Shown piece by piece: positions 18,726 through 29,691 of a DNA stretch of 64,000 nt. The notes under the pieces were generated by a model, which saw only the letters and a program-made list of their open reading frames with translations, had not been told where the DNA came from and did not search any database. How positions within the stretch are numbered: the first letter of the stretch is position 1; the number at the start of each line of letters is the position of its first letter. A program made the translations under genes and the position numbers. The stretch spans positions 1-64,000 of IMG/VR virus record IMGVR_UViG_3300032038_000015; one strand, written 5' to 3'. The DNA comes from a virus (Duplodnaviria; Caudoviricetes).

Positions 18726-19572
18726 ATGAATACACAAACAGCATTACAAGTAACAGATTTTAATTTCTATGGAGACAACGCAACTGGTGAAATCTATACT
18801 GCAATCAATTCAGTATTAAAAGGAATTGGCTTTAAAGATGAACAGGTGAGATACCAACGCTCAAAATGGATAAAAGATAAGACTTTATCTAAAGGAGTGT
18901 TGAAGTTCAACATACCTACTAATGGTGGATATCAATTAACAGAGTGTATTTCTGTACACAAATTACCATTAGGACTTGCAAAAATTAATATTACAAAAAG
19001 GTTAGAAAGAGATTATCCAAATATTACAGAAAAACTTGAATTATACCAAGACAAATGTGCAGATGTATTAGCTTCAGTATTTATAGAGCGCAAAACTGTT
19101 TCAGATATAAATATGCAACCTATAACAGAAGCCTTAAGTACAATAACCAATACACTCACCACTCATCGCACTGACAATGACATCAATGTAGCAAGAAATA
19201 AATATTATTAAAGACTCTCAAGAGGATAAGTCAAAATTATCTAAAAAGAAATGGTCATACTGGTCAACCAAAATGTATCCAAAATATCAGCTCTTAACAG
19301 ATTATTTCCATATCACACACAAAGAACTATATAAAAATCTATACAGAGAATTACAGAATACATATCCTGATATAGATCTTAATCAAGAAGTAGATGATTA
19401 TTGTTATGAAAACAACCTTGAATCAGCCTATACATTAGATGTAATAGAACACAATATAACTCTACGAAAATTATTTGAATCAATAGTGGATAATCTTCTG
19501 GAAAAGTACAATCTATCAGACACTTATAACATTAATACAAGAATACCAACAATATTTGACGAGGCATCCTGA
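18726..19572 (+). pseudogene. P22 Ant N-terminal-type antirepressor, split by frameshift (18726-19211 and 19273-19572)
   Basis: FNFYGDN..TGEIYTAINSVLKGIG...KLELYQDKCADVLASVF; continuation in another frame. Confidence 0.6.
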
Positions 19573-20400
19573 AATGGATGTCTTTTTAATGCCACTAATT
19601 CTCTTCTACTACAATCCATCAAATTCTTTATACCCAATCCTTTGATTAAATCAAACGAAATTACATCTAAAATCAATCAGAACTACTTCAATGGACAATT
19701 TGTTGTCTAAGAATAAAATCGTCTTATTTTTCTCTCAGAGCGAATAAACCCATAATACATACACCAGTATGATTTTATAAAACATATAACCTTATTTATT
19801 CTCTCATGTATTCAAATAATCCACATACAAAACAGATTATAAACAGAGAATAAACATATATGTTATTTCATTGAACTAAATCAACGCTGAGATAATTTTA
19901 AGCAAATTTACTCTCACACCATTATAAGTTATCACCTAATACATAAAAATCAAAAATTACTATCAAAATCGCTAATTCACTCTAATAATTACCATATGAA
20001 AATTATAATCATATATCAAACAAAAAATATAATGTGTGCGCAAGCACAAGATGTAGTCCCTTGATAGGGACGGTCTTTTCGCAGCGTAAGCAAGAAAAGA
20101 ACATCTTTAGGGTAGATAGACGACAGCAATATAAAATAAGCGAATAATATATCAAATCTCTACTATTACAGATACAAAAGAAATTATTCTGTGAAAAATA
20201 AGTGATGGATATTATTCAATATGGTAAAAAAAATGATGAATGTAATGTAGAGAATAAATATACATAAGTTTTACTTTCTTTGCTACCATCCTTTTCTACT
20301 AAGCTACACAACGCAATCAAAGATTGCTGTTTCGCTAAGTGAAAAGCCTACGCCAAAGAAAGTAACAAAGAAAGCGTAAAAAATCACTTTTAATATGAGA

Positions 20401-20539
20401 TAAGCCTTGAAAAATAAGGGTTTTGGACACTTTTTAGGCATAAGAATCATGCAAACCTTCACTATAATATATATATATTGTGAAGAACCGCATGATTCTT
20501 GAGATAAAAAATGGCGTTTAAGCCTTGAAAAATAAGGGA
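20401..20539. repeat. Direct repeats around a palindrome (possible origin or recombination site)
   Basis: taagccttgaaaaataaggg at 20401 and 20520 flanking aagaatcatgc...cttcac...(TA)n...gtgaag...gcatgattctt. Confidence 0.6.
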
Positions 20540-20600
20540 AAATCGGTGTAATTTTTTGTAAAATTTCACATCATTATCTGATAATTTGAAAGGAGTAAAT

Positions 20601-21755
20601 ATGAACACAAAAATCGAAATTGAAACTGGTATTATTTCTGAGCGTGAGCTTGTTGAATTATACGGAAGCGATGCTCAAAAAAAATCCTATATTGAGAAAG
20701 GTAAATTCATAGGTGCATATAAAACTGCTCTTTTTAAAAAGCTTAACAAATATTGTATTATAAAACCTATCAAGAAAAAAAACCAAACAGAGAATATGTA
20801 CGATATACAAGAAGTGTATAAATATCCTCTTCCTACCAACTATGATAGAATGCAGAAATCTCTCTATAAGTATATTGTTCCACTTATTCTTAATAGTCTT
20901 ATCAATGGACATGATAAAAATAATAGTATTGAAATTACCGTTGGCAAATGGGCTAGAGAGATAAATATGGTTAATCATAATTATAATCTTGTAAAATACA
21001 ATCGGGAAGACAGTAGCAAAGAAACGCAAATTTGTATTGATACAATTAATGAGTTTTATGATAAAGCAGATCATATGATTAATTATTATATTAGCAATGC
21101 ACTTGAATATTTAAAAAATGCTGGTCTTATTATTTGGCGTGAGGTTAATCAGGTCACTCTTGAAGAAAGTGATAATAAATCTATCATTGACTGCAATGGA
21201 AACGTAGAAGTAAATGTTAATCTCACTACTCATCAAGCTACAAAAGAGGAAATGGAATATTATGCTAGTTGTATTTCTATAGCAGATAAAGAAGCTGAAA
21301 TAGAAAATGCAAGTGAAAGATATTACAGTAAAAAGACAAAACGTTTTCAAGAAGTTCTAAAGAGGGAATTATATAAGAGAAGGATAAAATATATCTATAG
21401 TGCATATGAAGCATATTATATTGATTTGGATAAATGTGAGGCTTTATTATCTCATTTTAACGATGCTAATTCTCAAGAACTTATTGATAACTTCAACAAC
21501 GAGTTCTCTTCAATGATTATCAAAAATGCAGGTGAACGTTTTGAGAAGAACGCAATGAAATATCTTTACAATGATAAAAATGAATACCAATTGTCTTTTG
21601 AATCTCTTTGTGAAATTACAATAGATAATAAAACTGAATACTTTGGCAAAAGAATAAGAGAAAAAAGTAATGATGATAATTATAATTTACAAATCACGCA
21701 TAAGAAAGGAAATACTACTAATGGAATTAAACAAGACACAACAAGAGGCTATTGA
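20601..21755 (+). CDS. Hypothetical protein, possible replication initiator
   Basis: ATG 20601 with RBS aaggag; lies between ori-like repeats and helicase. Confidence 0.6.
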   Translation: MNTKIEIETGIISERELVELYGSDAQKKSYIEKGKFIGAYKTALFKKLNKYCIIKPIKKKNQTENMYDIQEVYKYPLPTNYDRMQKSLYKYIVPLILNSLINGHDKNNSIEITVGKWAREINMVNHNYNLVKYNREDSSKETQICIDTINEFYDKADHMINYYISNALEYLKNAGLIIWREVNQVTLEESDNKSIIDCNGNVEVNVNLTTHQATKEEMEYYASCISIADKEAEIENASERYYSKKTKRFQEVLKRELYKRRIKYIYSAYEAYYIDLDKCEALLSHFNDANSQELIDNFNNEFSSMIIKNAGERFEKNAMKYLYNDKNEYQLSFESLCEITIDNKTEYFGKRIREKSNDDNYNLQITHKKGNTTNGIKQDTTRGY

Positions 21756-23583
21756 CTATATCAATGGGAATATGGCTGTTATTGCTACTGCTGGATCAGG
21801 AAAGACAACAGTTTTAACAAAAAGAATTGAGAATATGGTACATAATCATGGTATACCATCATCTTCTATTCTTGCAATAACATTTAGTAAAAAAGCCAAA
21901 GATAATATTATAAATAAGCTTAAAAAACTTAATGTTTATAATGTAAATGTCGAGACTTTCCACTCTCTTGCCTTGAAAATAATTAAATATGAATATGGTG
22001 CAAATACTTATAAGGTATGGAATTTGCAATGGGAAAAGGAAAAATGTATTACTGACATCTGTACCTCATACGGATTATGTTCAAAAGACGATGTGCCCTT
22101 TAATGAGATTTATGATTTTATAGCTCGTCAAAAGAATGCAATGATACAGGATGCATCTAAATTGATTTATTCGAAAAATGAACCATTTTCACATAAAGCC
22201 ATGAAATTCATTTATAAAAATTATGAGGAGTTTAAGAGAACTAATTCATATATTGAGTTTGATGACTTCTTAAATATGGCAAATAAAATCATAGATGAGA
22301 ATAAAAATACGAAAGAGTTTTTACAAAACAAATTTCAGTACATTTTGTCTGATGAGTTTCAAGATATTTCAATGTCTCAAAGCCTATTGTTAAAAAAATT
22401 GAATAATACAAATACTTTTATTGTTGGTGATCCACTACAAGCAATTTACTCGTTTAGAGGTGGTGATAGTAAATATATCTTAAACTTTGATAATGATTAT
22501 GTTAATTCTCATATAATTAATCTAAACATCAATTACAGATGCAGTTCAGATATTGTTAATACTGCAAATGCTCTTGCTGATGATGTCTCAGACTCAAAGC
22601 ACAGATATTATGTGAAAAGCGTGGCTAATAACCCAATCAATAAGAAACCAGAATATAATATATTTCTGTCCGAATATGACGAAGCTGAGTGGATTTCAGA
22701 GAAAGTCAACAGTCTATTAGGAGAATATACATATAAGGACTTTGCGGTTCTGGCTAGAACTAATGGACAATTAACTAAAGTGGAATCGGTATTCCATAAA
22801 ACGCAATTACCATTTAATGTAGTTGATGGTAAAGCACTCACTGAACTTCCAGAAATAAAAATATTGATATCTTACTTAAGGCTATCTATGTATGAAAACG
22901 ACAATGAAGCATTCGAATATTTATATAATAAGCCGAATAGATGGCTTGACAAAAAGTTTTTGCGAGAAGTTCATGATAATAGTTTGAAAAAGAACATCTC
23001 TTATTATAATGCTATGATGACAATAGACAGACGAAACTGGCGATTTAAAAATGGCATAGACGAGATATATGAAGTAATCAATTATCTACAGAATAAGAGA
23101 TTTCAGAATGTAGGAAAAATGATTTCTTATCTTAGATTTAGGCTCAATATAGATGATTATGTGTCAAAAGGTAAAGTGGCTGATGATGGTAAATGTGATG
23201 AACAAATAGAAAATATGAATGCTTTTGAAAACATTGCATCCCAATATACTAACCTGAAAGAATTTTTAAATTATCTGAATGATATAGATAAAGAGCTTAC
23301 TTCTAAGAATATAAATAGAGTTAATTTATCAACTATACACCGTTCCAAAGGACTTGAGTATCCAGTCGTTTTTATAATAGGCTGCAATGAAGATTTGCTA
23401 CCACACGAAAAAAATGACAATGTTGATGACGAGAAGAGATTATTTTATGTTGGTATCACAAGAGCAGAAAAGGAACTGTATATATCTTCTACTACTTCTT
23501 ATAATTCAAGAATCTATCTTCCTAGTTCATTCATAGAATCAATCAAATCCACATTAAAAATCAATAAAGTAGAGAATAAATAA
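21721..23583 (+). CDS. UvrD/PcrA-family ATP-dependent DNA helicase
   Basis: ATAGSGKTT, DEFQD, VGDPLQAIYSFRG, NYR, TIHRSKGLEY, EKRLFYVGITRA. Confidence 0.95.
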   Translation: MELNKTQQEAIDYINGNMAVIATAGSGKTTVLTKRIENMVHNHGIPSSSILAITFSKKAKDNIINKLKKLNVYNVNVETFHSLALKIIKYEYGANTYKVWNLQWEKEKCITDICTSYGLCSKDDVPFNEIYDFIARQKNAMIQDASKLIYSKNEPFSHKAMKFIYKNYEEFKRTNSYIEFDDFLNMANKIIDENKNTKEFLQNKFQYILSDEFQDISMSQSLLLKKLNNTNTFIVGDPLQAIYSFRGGDSKYILNFDNDYVNSHIINLNINYRCSSDIVNTANALADDVSDSKHRYYVKSVANNPINKKPEYNIFLSEYDEAEWISEKVNSLLGEYTYKDFAVLARTNGQLTKVESVFHKTQLPFNVVDGKALTELPEIKILISYLRLSMYENDNEAFEYLYNKPNRWLDKKFLREVHDNSLKKNISYYNAMMTIDRRNWRFKNGIDEIYEVINYLQNKRFQNVGKMISYLRFRLNIDDYVSKGKVADDGKCDEQIENMNAFENIASQYTNLKEFLNYLNDIDKELTSKNINRVNLSTIHRSKGLEYPVVFIIGCNEDLLPHEKNDNVDDEKRLFYVGITRAEKELYISSTTSYNSRIYLPSSFIESIKSTLKINKVENK

Positions 23584-23611
23584 TATGTAACTAACTAAAA
23601 GGAGAGAAAAT

Positions 23612-23806
23612 ATGAAACAAATAATTAAACCAAAAACACGTAACTCACTAAATAATACATATGTTGGAATTTATCAATCAGATTTTGATACTCAAAATGA
23701 TACTACTCATAATATTGCATCGCGAATAATATCTGATTGGAAATTTGATAATTCGTGTAAAAGAAACAATATAAACAGATTGAAAGGAGTCAAATACTAT
23801 GCTTAG
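23612..23806 (+). CDS. Hypothetical protein
   Basis: RBS aaggag. Confidence 0.6.
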   Translation: MKQIIKPKTRNSLNNTYVGIYQSDFDTQNDTTHNIASRIISDWKFDNSCKRNNINRLKGVKYYA

Positions 23807-24029
23807 ATATACAATTTTATCAGATAATACATTGCAATTTTCCATTTCAGGTGATTATAAAATTATTGCAATGGCAAACTACAAGAAAAACGAAAGAAAA
23901 TTTTATACTACTTTATTCTTAGCAAGAAGTGATATTTCTACTTGGAATAATATTATGGAATTATCTGCATACGATATTGAACATCCACGTCACATTAAAA
24001 CAGAATTGGCAGTATATAGAACAGTTTGA
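23799..24029 (+). CDS. Hypothetical protein (possibly frameshifted; alternative frame continues to ~24105)
   Basis: RBS aaggag. Confidence 0.5.
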   Translation: MLRYTILSDNTLQFSISGDYKIIAMANYKKNERKFYTTLFLARSDISTWNNIMELSAYDIEHPRHIKTELAVYRTV

Positions 24030-24111
24030 GTATGAACAAAAGTGTTTTGATAAAGGCAATGATTTTTACGAAAATGAAAGATTGAAATATCAAATGGGGG
24101 TGTGAATTATT

Positions 24112-24345
24112 ATGAGTTGTGAATATTGTTTTAAAATTGGTGGAAAGCACGATTATCGTTGCCCTAATTATATTTATCCGAAAGCAAATAAATGTTGTTC
24201 GTATTGTGGTGAAGGAATATTAGATGGTGATGAATATATTGAAAATGACAATGGTGAATGTATGCATTTTGAATGCGTTCCTAGTTTAAGAGGGTTAGTT
24301 GAATTTTACGGACAAGATGTTAAGACTATGTATGATCTGGAATAA
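24112..24345 (+). CDS. Zinc-finger protein
   Basis: CEYC..H..RCP and CSYC...HFEC. Confidence 0.7.
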   Translation: MSCEYCFKIGGKHDYRCPNYIYPKANKCCSYCGEGILDGDEYIENDNGECMHFECVPSLRGLVEFYGQDVKTMYDLE

Positions 24346-24489
24346 AAGTTACAAAATAGAAATTTCATTTGGAGAATATATAAGTGGAGGTAAATTTATA
24401 TGAGCGAATACAACAAAGAAGAATTAGAGTCAATGGCTGACTTAATTACAGATTACATTTATTTGATTAAGGCGGTGATGTTATAATAA

Positions 24490-27099
24490 ATGAGTGAATA
24501 TGGAATTAAAATAAAGAACATAGAAGCTGCAACATTATATGAATATAATAAAGGATTGCGTGATCATTATGAATATAAGGATGCTTTGTTTGTAAATAGT
24601 TTATTTAAAGATTTTATGTGTGAAAATAAATTAAAAGTCTGGAATAATGAATCTACAAGAGATTTAATATGTCTTGAATTTAATTTTGGTACACGTTCAT
24701 ATGAAGATGAAATAAAACATATTCGTAAAATTGCAAAGTCTGCACGTATTGATTATAAAAAGGCAATAAGCTCTAAAAGTAAAAAACTTATACAGGTTCA
24801 AAAGAATAAAAAGAAAAAAATTATGAGCTTATATAATTTTGCAGTATCTCATAAAACTGAATATTTTTCTTTATCTGCTGATGATATAAGAAAAGAGTTT
24901 TATAACAATGGCGTTAATGTAGAATACATAACAAGAAAGAAAAATGGAGAAATCCTTAAAACTGAAATTATCCATTATAAAATGTTATATAGAAGCCCTG
25001 GAAAAGCAAAAAAAGGAACATGTATGTTTATAAGGAATAAGTTGTATAATAAAGCACTAAATTACCTTAGAATGGGAATAAAACTTCCAAAGCGTAATGC
25101 TGACATTGTAGGAATTAGTGCCTACTCTTCTCTGATATGTAGTGGAATTGTTGGAAAAGTTAAAATCAACCCAAAAAACATTCTTGTTTTGAAAGATGTT
25201 GATAGATATTTAAATACAAATGTTATATCAGTTGAAACTGATAATGAAAAACATTGTATTGCAAAACTTATTAAAAATTATAAATTAAAGAACACTATGT
25301 TTGATGGACAAGCCCTGATTGATTCATCTATTTTTCCAAGTTGGGGACATGGATATATTCTTCTAAGACATCACTTCTGCAAAATGGCTGCGTTCTGTAG
25401 CAATATTCAATTATTTTTCCGTGATTATTTTGGTGACGACTACTATTCTGCTACTGTGGAGGATATGTGGGGTAATAAGCATTATGTAAAAGACATAGAA
25501 TTAATCACAACAGACAATGCTATGAAATGGATAAAATACAAGGTGTCATATGATTATTGGTGCAATAAAGTTTATGAAAATGACTGTATGTTTGGCATTG
25601 TAAAAACAGCACATCCAAGTAAACTTGGCAATGTCCAAAGAATGAGTTATCAAATGGTAAATTCTCTCAATATTGATATTATGGACGAGGTATGTGAAGA
25701 AAGTATTAATTATATAAATAAATTAAAAATAGATAATGGTTTTTTCTTAGAGTATTTAAAGAAAAATATTAACTTTTCGAATGATTATGAAGTATTAATC
25801 GCTCTGTGTGAACAAAATCGTGATTTTATGAGAAGTTCATATTTTAGAGAGCGAAAGAAATCCATTATAATGTCATATGTTTTAAACTTTAAAAGCGGAA
25901 AGATTATTCAAAATGCTGACAATCTTGTAATTGTTGGTTCGCCATATGCAATGCTTTTATATGGTGCTACTGGTAATCCTGATATGGTTGATTTAGATGA
26001 TACATTCACAACAGAAGGATCTGCTATTCAATGTTACACAAGCAGATTTAATGATAATGAATATCTCGCAGAATTTAGAAGTCCTTTCAATGGCAAATAT
26101 AATCTTGGTTATTTGCATAACGTATATGATGAAAGGTTTAAAAAATATTTTAACTTTTGTGACCAAATTATTGCAGTCAATATGAATGGTACAGATTTTC
26201 AAGACCGCAACAATGGGAGTGACATGGACAGTGATAGTATTTATACTACAAATCAACCCAAAATAGTAAATCATGCTAAGTGTTGCTATATCAACTATCC
26301 TACTATCGTAAATAATATTCCTAAAGATTCAAATATATATGACAACACAATGGACGATTTTGCAACTTTGGATAATAAATTAGCTGCATCACAATCTGAT
26401 ATTGGTGAGTCAAGTAATCTGGCTCAACTTGCCCAAACATATGATTGCACATTTAATGAACAAATATATAAAGATTACATTTGTGTACTAAGCGTATTGG
26501 CGCAAATTGCCATAGATTCAGCGAAACGATTATTTGATGTTAATGTAGCATCTGAAATACGAAGAATAAAAAAGGATATGAATGTTGATAAAAACAAGTA
26601 TCCTGCATTTTGGAAAATCATCCGAAGAGATTTTAAAGAGAATAATATTAATTACGATCTCGTGTGTCCAATGAATTATCTATATAATCTTAAACTTGAC
26701 CAGTTCAGGTCAAATCAATCAACTATTCCAATTGAATACTTTTTTAAGAAATTTGAACTCGAAAAAAACAGAAAGACTTGTAAAAAGGTAGAGGAAATTA
26801 TAGAAATGTATATAAACAAATTTTCTTCTATGTATATGTCAGATAACGATGATTCATATTTTCTTTTAAAAATGGATTTTGACAATATGATAAACGATAT
26901 TACAAAAGTTTATGTATCAAAAAATTATATTGGATTATTCAGTTGGTTAATTGATAGAGCCTTTTGCATTTCTCTTGCACAAAAACAAAATCAATATAAA
27001 TTAAAGTCAAAAATTAAAAAAAGACGTTCAATTTTGATAAAAGCTTTATATGATATCAATAGTGCAAATCTACTAAATTGTTTCTCGAATAATTGTTAA
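24490..27099 (+). CDS. yonO: YonO-like single-subunit (double-psi barrel) DNA-dependent RNA polymerase
   Basis: 869 aa; RSP motif and catalytic loop DRNNGSDMDSD (DxDxD); QIAIDSAKR; position at head of late region as in SPbeta. Confidence 0.85.
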   Translation: MSEYGIKIKNIEAATLYEYNKGLRDHYEYKDALFVNSLFKDFMCENKLKVWNNESTRDLICLEFNFGTRSYEDEIKHIRKIAKSARIDYKKAISSKSKKLIQVQKNKKKKIMSLYNFAVSHKTEYFSLSADDIRKEFYNNGVNVEYITRKKNGEILKTEIIHYKMLYRSPGKAKKGTCMFIRNKLYNKALNYLRMGIKLPKRNADIVGISAYSSLICSGIVGKVKINPKNILVLKDVDRYLNTNVISVETDNEKHCIAKLIKNYKLKNTMFDGQALIDSSIFPSWGHGYILLRHHFCKMAAFCSNIQLFFRDYFGDDYYSATVEDMWGNKHYVKDIELITTDNAMKWIKYKVSYDYWCNKVYENDCMFGIVKTAHPSKLGNVQRMSYQMVNSLNIDIMDEVCEESINYINKLKIDNGFFLEYLKKNINFSNDYEVLIALCEQNRDFMRSSYFRERKKSIIMSYVLNFKSGKIIQNADNLVIVGSPYAMLLYGATGNPDMVDLDDTFTTEGSAIQCYTSRFNDNEYLAEFRSPFNGKYNLGYLHNVYDERFKKYFNFCDQIIAVNMNGTDFQDRNNGSDMDSDSIYTTNQPKIVNHAKCCYINYPTIVNNIPKDSNIYDNTMDDFATLDNKLAASQSDIGESSNLAQLAQTYDCTFNEQIYKDYICVLSVLAQIAIDSAKRLFDVNVASEIRRIKKDMNVDKNKYPAFWKIIRRDFKENNINYDLVCPMNYLYNLKLDQFRSNQSTIPIEYFFKKFELEKNRKTCKKVEEIIEMYINKFSSMYMSDNDDSYFLLKMDFDNMINDITKVYVSKNYIGLFSWLIDRAFCISLAQKQNQYKLKSKIKKRRSILIKALYDINSANLLNCFSNNC

Positions 27100-27339
27100 T
27101 TTTTACTCAAAAACGGCAATTTTTAGGGACACCTAAACAAATTTTATCGCTTAAAACCCTTGTCTTTAGGGCATTTTTCACAATTCCGTTAAGTTGCATA
27201 ATGAGGAGAAAGGGTTTATTTATCCAAGTACCTCTCCGCTTTAGATGCAAATGCGGAATAAAAATATGCAACGATCGTTTATATTAAAAAATAAAGCCCT
27301 CTTGATTGAGGGCTGTGCCGAAAGGCTAAAAACAAACAT

Positions 27340-27957
27340 AACAATAAACATTTCACTATGGTTACAATCAACTCAGTGTAGATTGGTTAATCACCATGCT
27401 GAGAATACGTGGATACTGCCAGAAACAATCATTGGGATACTTATGATTGGTTTGGTCTTATATGCTGTGAAGCTTATAAGATAAAAGGGAAACCCTAAAA
27501 TGTAAGCGTATGTACTGAGAATATATGTAGTAAAAGGCTATGTCTTGTCGCTGACGCAATAGAGAGTTGCACTGCAACGCATAATCCCGATGCCTATAAC
27601 TTGGTAACTTATAGGAGTTAAGTAAGGAAATACCACAATAAGTCAGTTTGCTGTGAGTATTCAGAAATGAGTACAATAAGACAAGTTCAATGAGCGAGTA
27701 GTCCAAGGCAATGAAAGTATAGTATAATGCAAGTAAGTAAATATAAAAATACTTAAACGATTTTCTGAATGATGGATGAAAGTTAGGAGTAATCAATCTC
27801 CTATACACATGATGAGACTAATGTAGACTCGTGGGATAAAAAGTTTATAGATGACGGTCTGTAAGCTCAGATTTATCTCTGTATTGGCTGAATATTATTG
27901 CGTATATTTGAGGCAACCCGAAGGGGTGTTTGTGGTCATAGTGAAGTGTTTATTGTT
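27340..27957 (+). ncRNA. Large structured ncRNA, ROOL-like
   Basis: 28-bp terminal helix (27340-27367 with 27930-27957, G-U wobbles only) enclosing many hairpins; directly upstream of a tRNA. Confidence 0.75.
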
Positions 27958-27961
27958 TTTT

Positions 27962-28038
27962 TGGGAATTAGCTCAGTTTGGTTAGAGCGATGGTCTTATA
28001 AACCATGTCTGTCACAAGTTCAAATCTTGTAATCCCGA
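27962..28038 (+). tRNA. tRNA-Ile(UAU)
   Basis: D arm gctc/gagc, anticodon arm atggt-ctTATaa-accat, T arm acaag-ttcaaat-cttgt; one acceptor mismatch, no CCA. Confidence 0.8.
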
Positions 28039-28069
28039 CTACTCTTCCACTGTTGCGTGGAAAATATAA

Positions 28070-28345
28070 TTCAACTACCCACTGCCTTTTAGGCGGTGGG
28101 ATTGTATAGTAGCAATGCTACGGAGCAATCCCAAGTTGAATAGCCTAAGTTCTTCGAGAACTACGTTACCTTGGAATATATAGGTACTTCGGAACGTAAT
28201 ACCTAATTCCGAACACTACGAACTACAATTAAACAGTTCTGTGAGGTAAGAGCAGTGTTGTAGTCATACAAAACCCAAGGATAACATTGGCTAAGGTATG
28301 CAAACCGCTTTTCGGAGCGAGTAATTAAAACCTTTACGGTTTTGG
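28070..28345 (+). ncRNA. IscB omegaRNA (HEARO-like)
   Basis: tcaactaccc...gttgaatagcctaag...ctacgttacc...aacattggctaagg upstream of iscB. Confidence 0.8.
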
Positions 28346-28360
28346 AAAGGAGAATGTGTA

Positions 28361-29599
28361 ATGGTTTACGTACTTAACAAAAACGGACAACCTTTAATGC
28401 CTACGGAAAACCATGCTAAAGTGCGTGTTCTCTTAAAACAAGGCAAAGCAAAGGTGGTAAATAAGTGTCCGTTTACAATACAACTGTTGTATAGTAGCAC
28501 GAACTATACACAAAAAGTAACATTAGGTGTAGATAGCGGAAGTAAACATATCGGTATTTCAGCCACTACAAAAGACAGGGTTCTTTTCGAGTCCGATGTA
28601 GAATTACGAAACGATATAGTGGATTTGCTTTCTACTCGCAGGGAATTACGACGTTCCCGCAGAAATCGCAAACTTCGTTACCGTAAGCCACGGTTCAATA
28701 ATCGTAGACGTAAAGATGGATGGTTAGCACCTTCTGTAAGACAAAAAGTAGATTCGCACCTTACGATGATAGCAAAAGTACATAAGATACTTCCAATATC
28801 AAATATTATAGTAGAGGTAGCATCTTTCGATATACAGAAGATTAAAAATCCCGATATTAACGGCACAGAATACCAAAATGGCGAGCAGTTAGACTTTTGG
28901 AATGTACGTGAGTATGTATTGTTCCGTGACGGTCATACCTGTCAATGTTGCAAAGGTAAGTCTAAGGACAAAATCCTTAATGTACACCATATAGAAAGTC
29001 GTAAGACAGGTGGTGATGCTCCGAATAATCTTATTACGCTATGTGAGACTTGCCATACTGGGTATCACAATGGAACTGTAAAACTTCCTAAAACGATACA
29101 CAGAGGAATGTCTTTCAAGGATGCTACTTTTATGGGTGTCATGCGGTGGGCTTTGTACGAGAAACTAAAAACTATATATCCGAATGTAAGACTTACTTAT
29201 GGATATATCACTAAAAATACTCGTATAGAAAACGGTTTACCGAAAGACCACTACATAGATGCAAGATGTATTAGTGGTAATCCTAATGCTGTTAGCAACG
29301 GAGAAATTTTCTATTACAAGAAAGTCCGTAGCCACAACAGACAGATACATAAGTGCAAAGTCTTAAAAGGCGGTATCAGAAAACGTAATCAAGCTACATA
29401 CTATGTGATGGATTATCGAATGTACGACAGAGTTTCGTATCAAGGTAAGCCTTATATCATATTTGGTCGCAGAAATAGCGGTTTCTTTGATATACGTACC
29501 TTAGACGGTACAAAAGTAAACAAAGGCTCTATTAGTTACAAGAAACTTAGACTAATAGAACCACAAAGTAACTATATAGTAGAAAAGCGCACCGCTTAG
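28361..29599 (+). CDS. iscB: RNA-guided endonuclease IscB
   Basis: PLMP, RuvC-I GVDSG, RRxRR bridge helix, RuvC-II VEVASFD, HNH HHI...NLITLCETCH, RuvC-III HYIDA. Confidence 0.95.
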   Translation: MVYVLNKNGQPLMPTENHAKVRVLLKQGKAKVVNKCPFTIQLLYSSTNYTQKVTLGVDSGSKHIGISATTKDRVLFESDVELRNDIVDLLSTRRELRRSRRNRKLRYRKPRFNNRRRKDGWLAPSVRQKVDSHLTMIAKVHKILPISNIIVEVASFDIQKIKNPDINGTEYQNGEQLDFWNVREYVLFRDGHTCQCCKGKSKDKILNVHHIESRKTGGDAPNNLITLCETCHTGYHNGTVKLPKTIHRGMSFKDATFMGVMRWALYEKLKTIYPNVRLTYGYITKNTRIENGLPKDHYIDARCISGNPNAVSNGEIFYYKKVRSHNRQIHKCKVLKGGIRKRNQATYYVMDYRMYDRVSYQGKPYIIFGRRNSGFFDIRTLDGTKVNKGSISYKKLRLIEPQSNYIVEKRTA

Positions 29600-29691
29600 G
29601 CGGTGTGCGGAAAGCAGGGCGGCGTTCCTCCCATCAGCTAAAGCTAATGGGTTTCCCGCCGAGGTTCAATTTATGAAAGAAGTGAATAAAA

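Larger units (their letters stand above)
28070..29672 (+). mobile_element. IS200/IS605-superfamily IscB element
   Basis: Left hairpin tcaactacccactgccttttaggcggtggg, right hairpin cccatcagctaaagctaatggg, ATGA right flank. Confidence 0.85.

Noticed and set aside
24490-27099. RNA-dependent RNA polymerase call
   Set aside because: Same superfamily, but DNA-phage context matches DNA-dependent YonO
27245-27808. ORFs 27245-27484 (+) and 27458-27808 (-)
   Set aside because: No RBS, atypical composition, and they overlie the structured ncRNA
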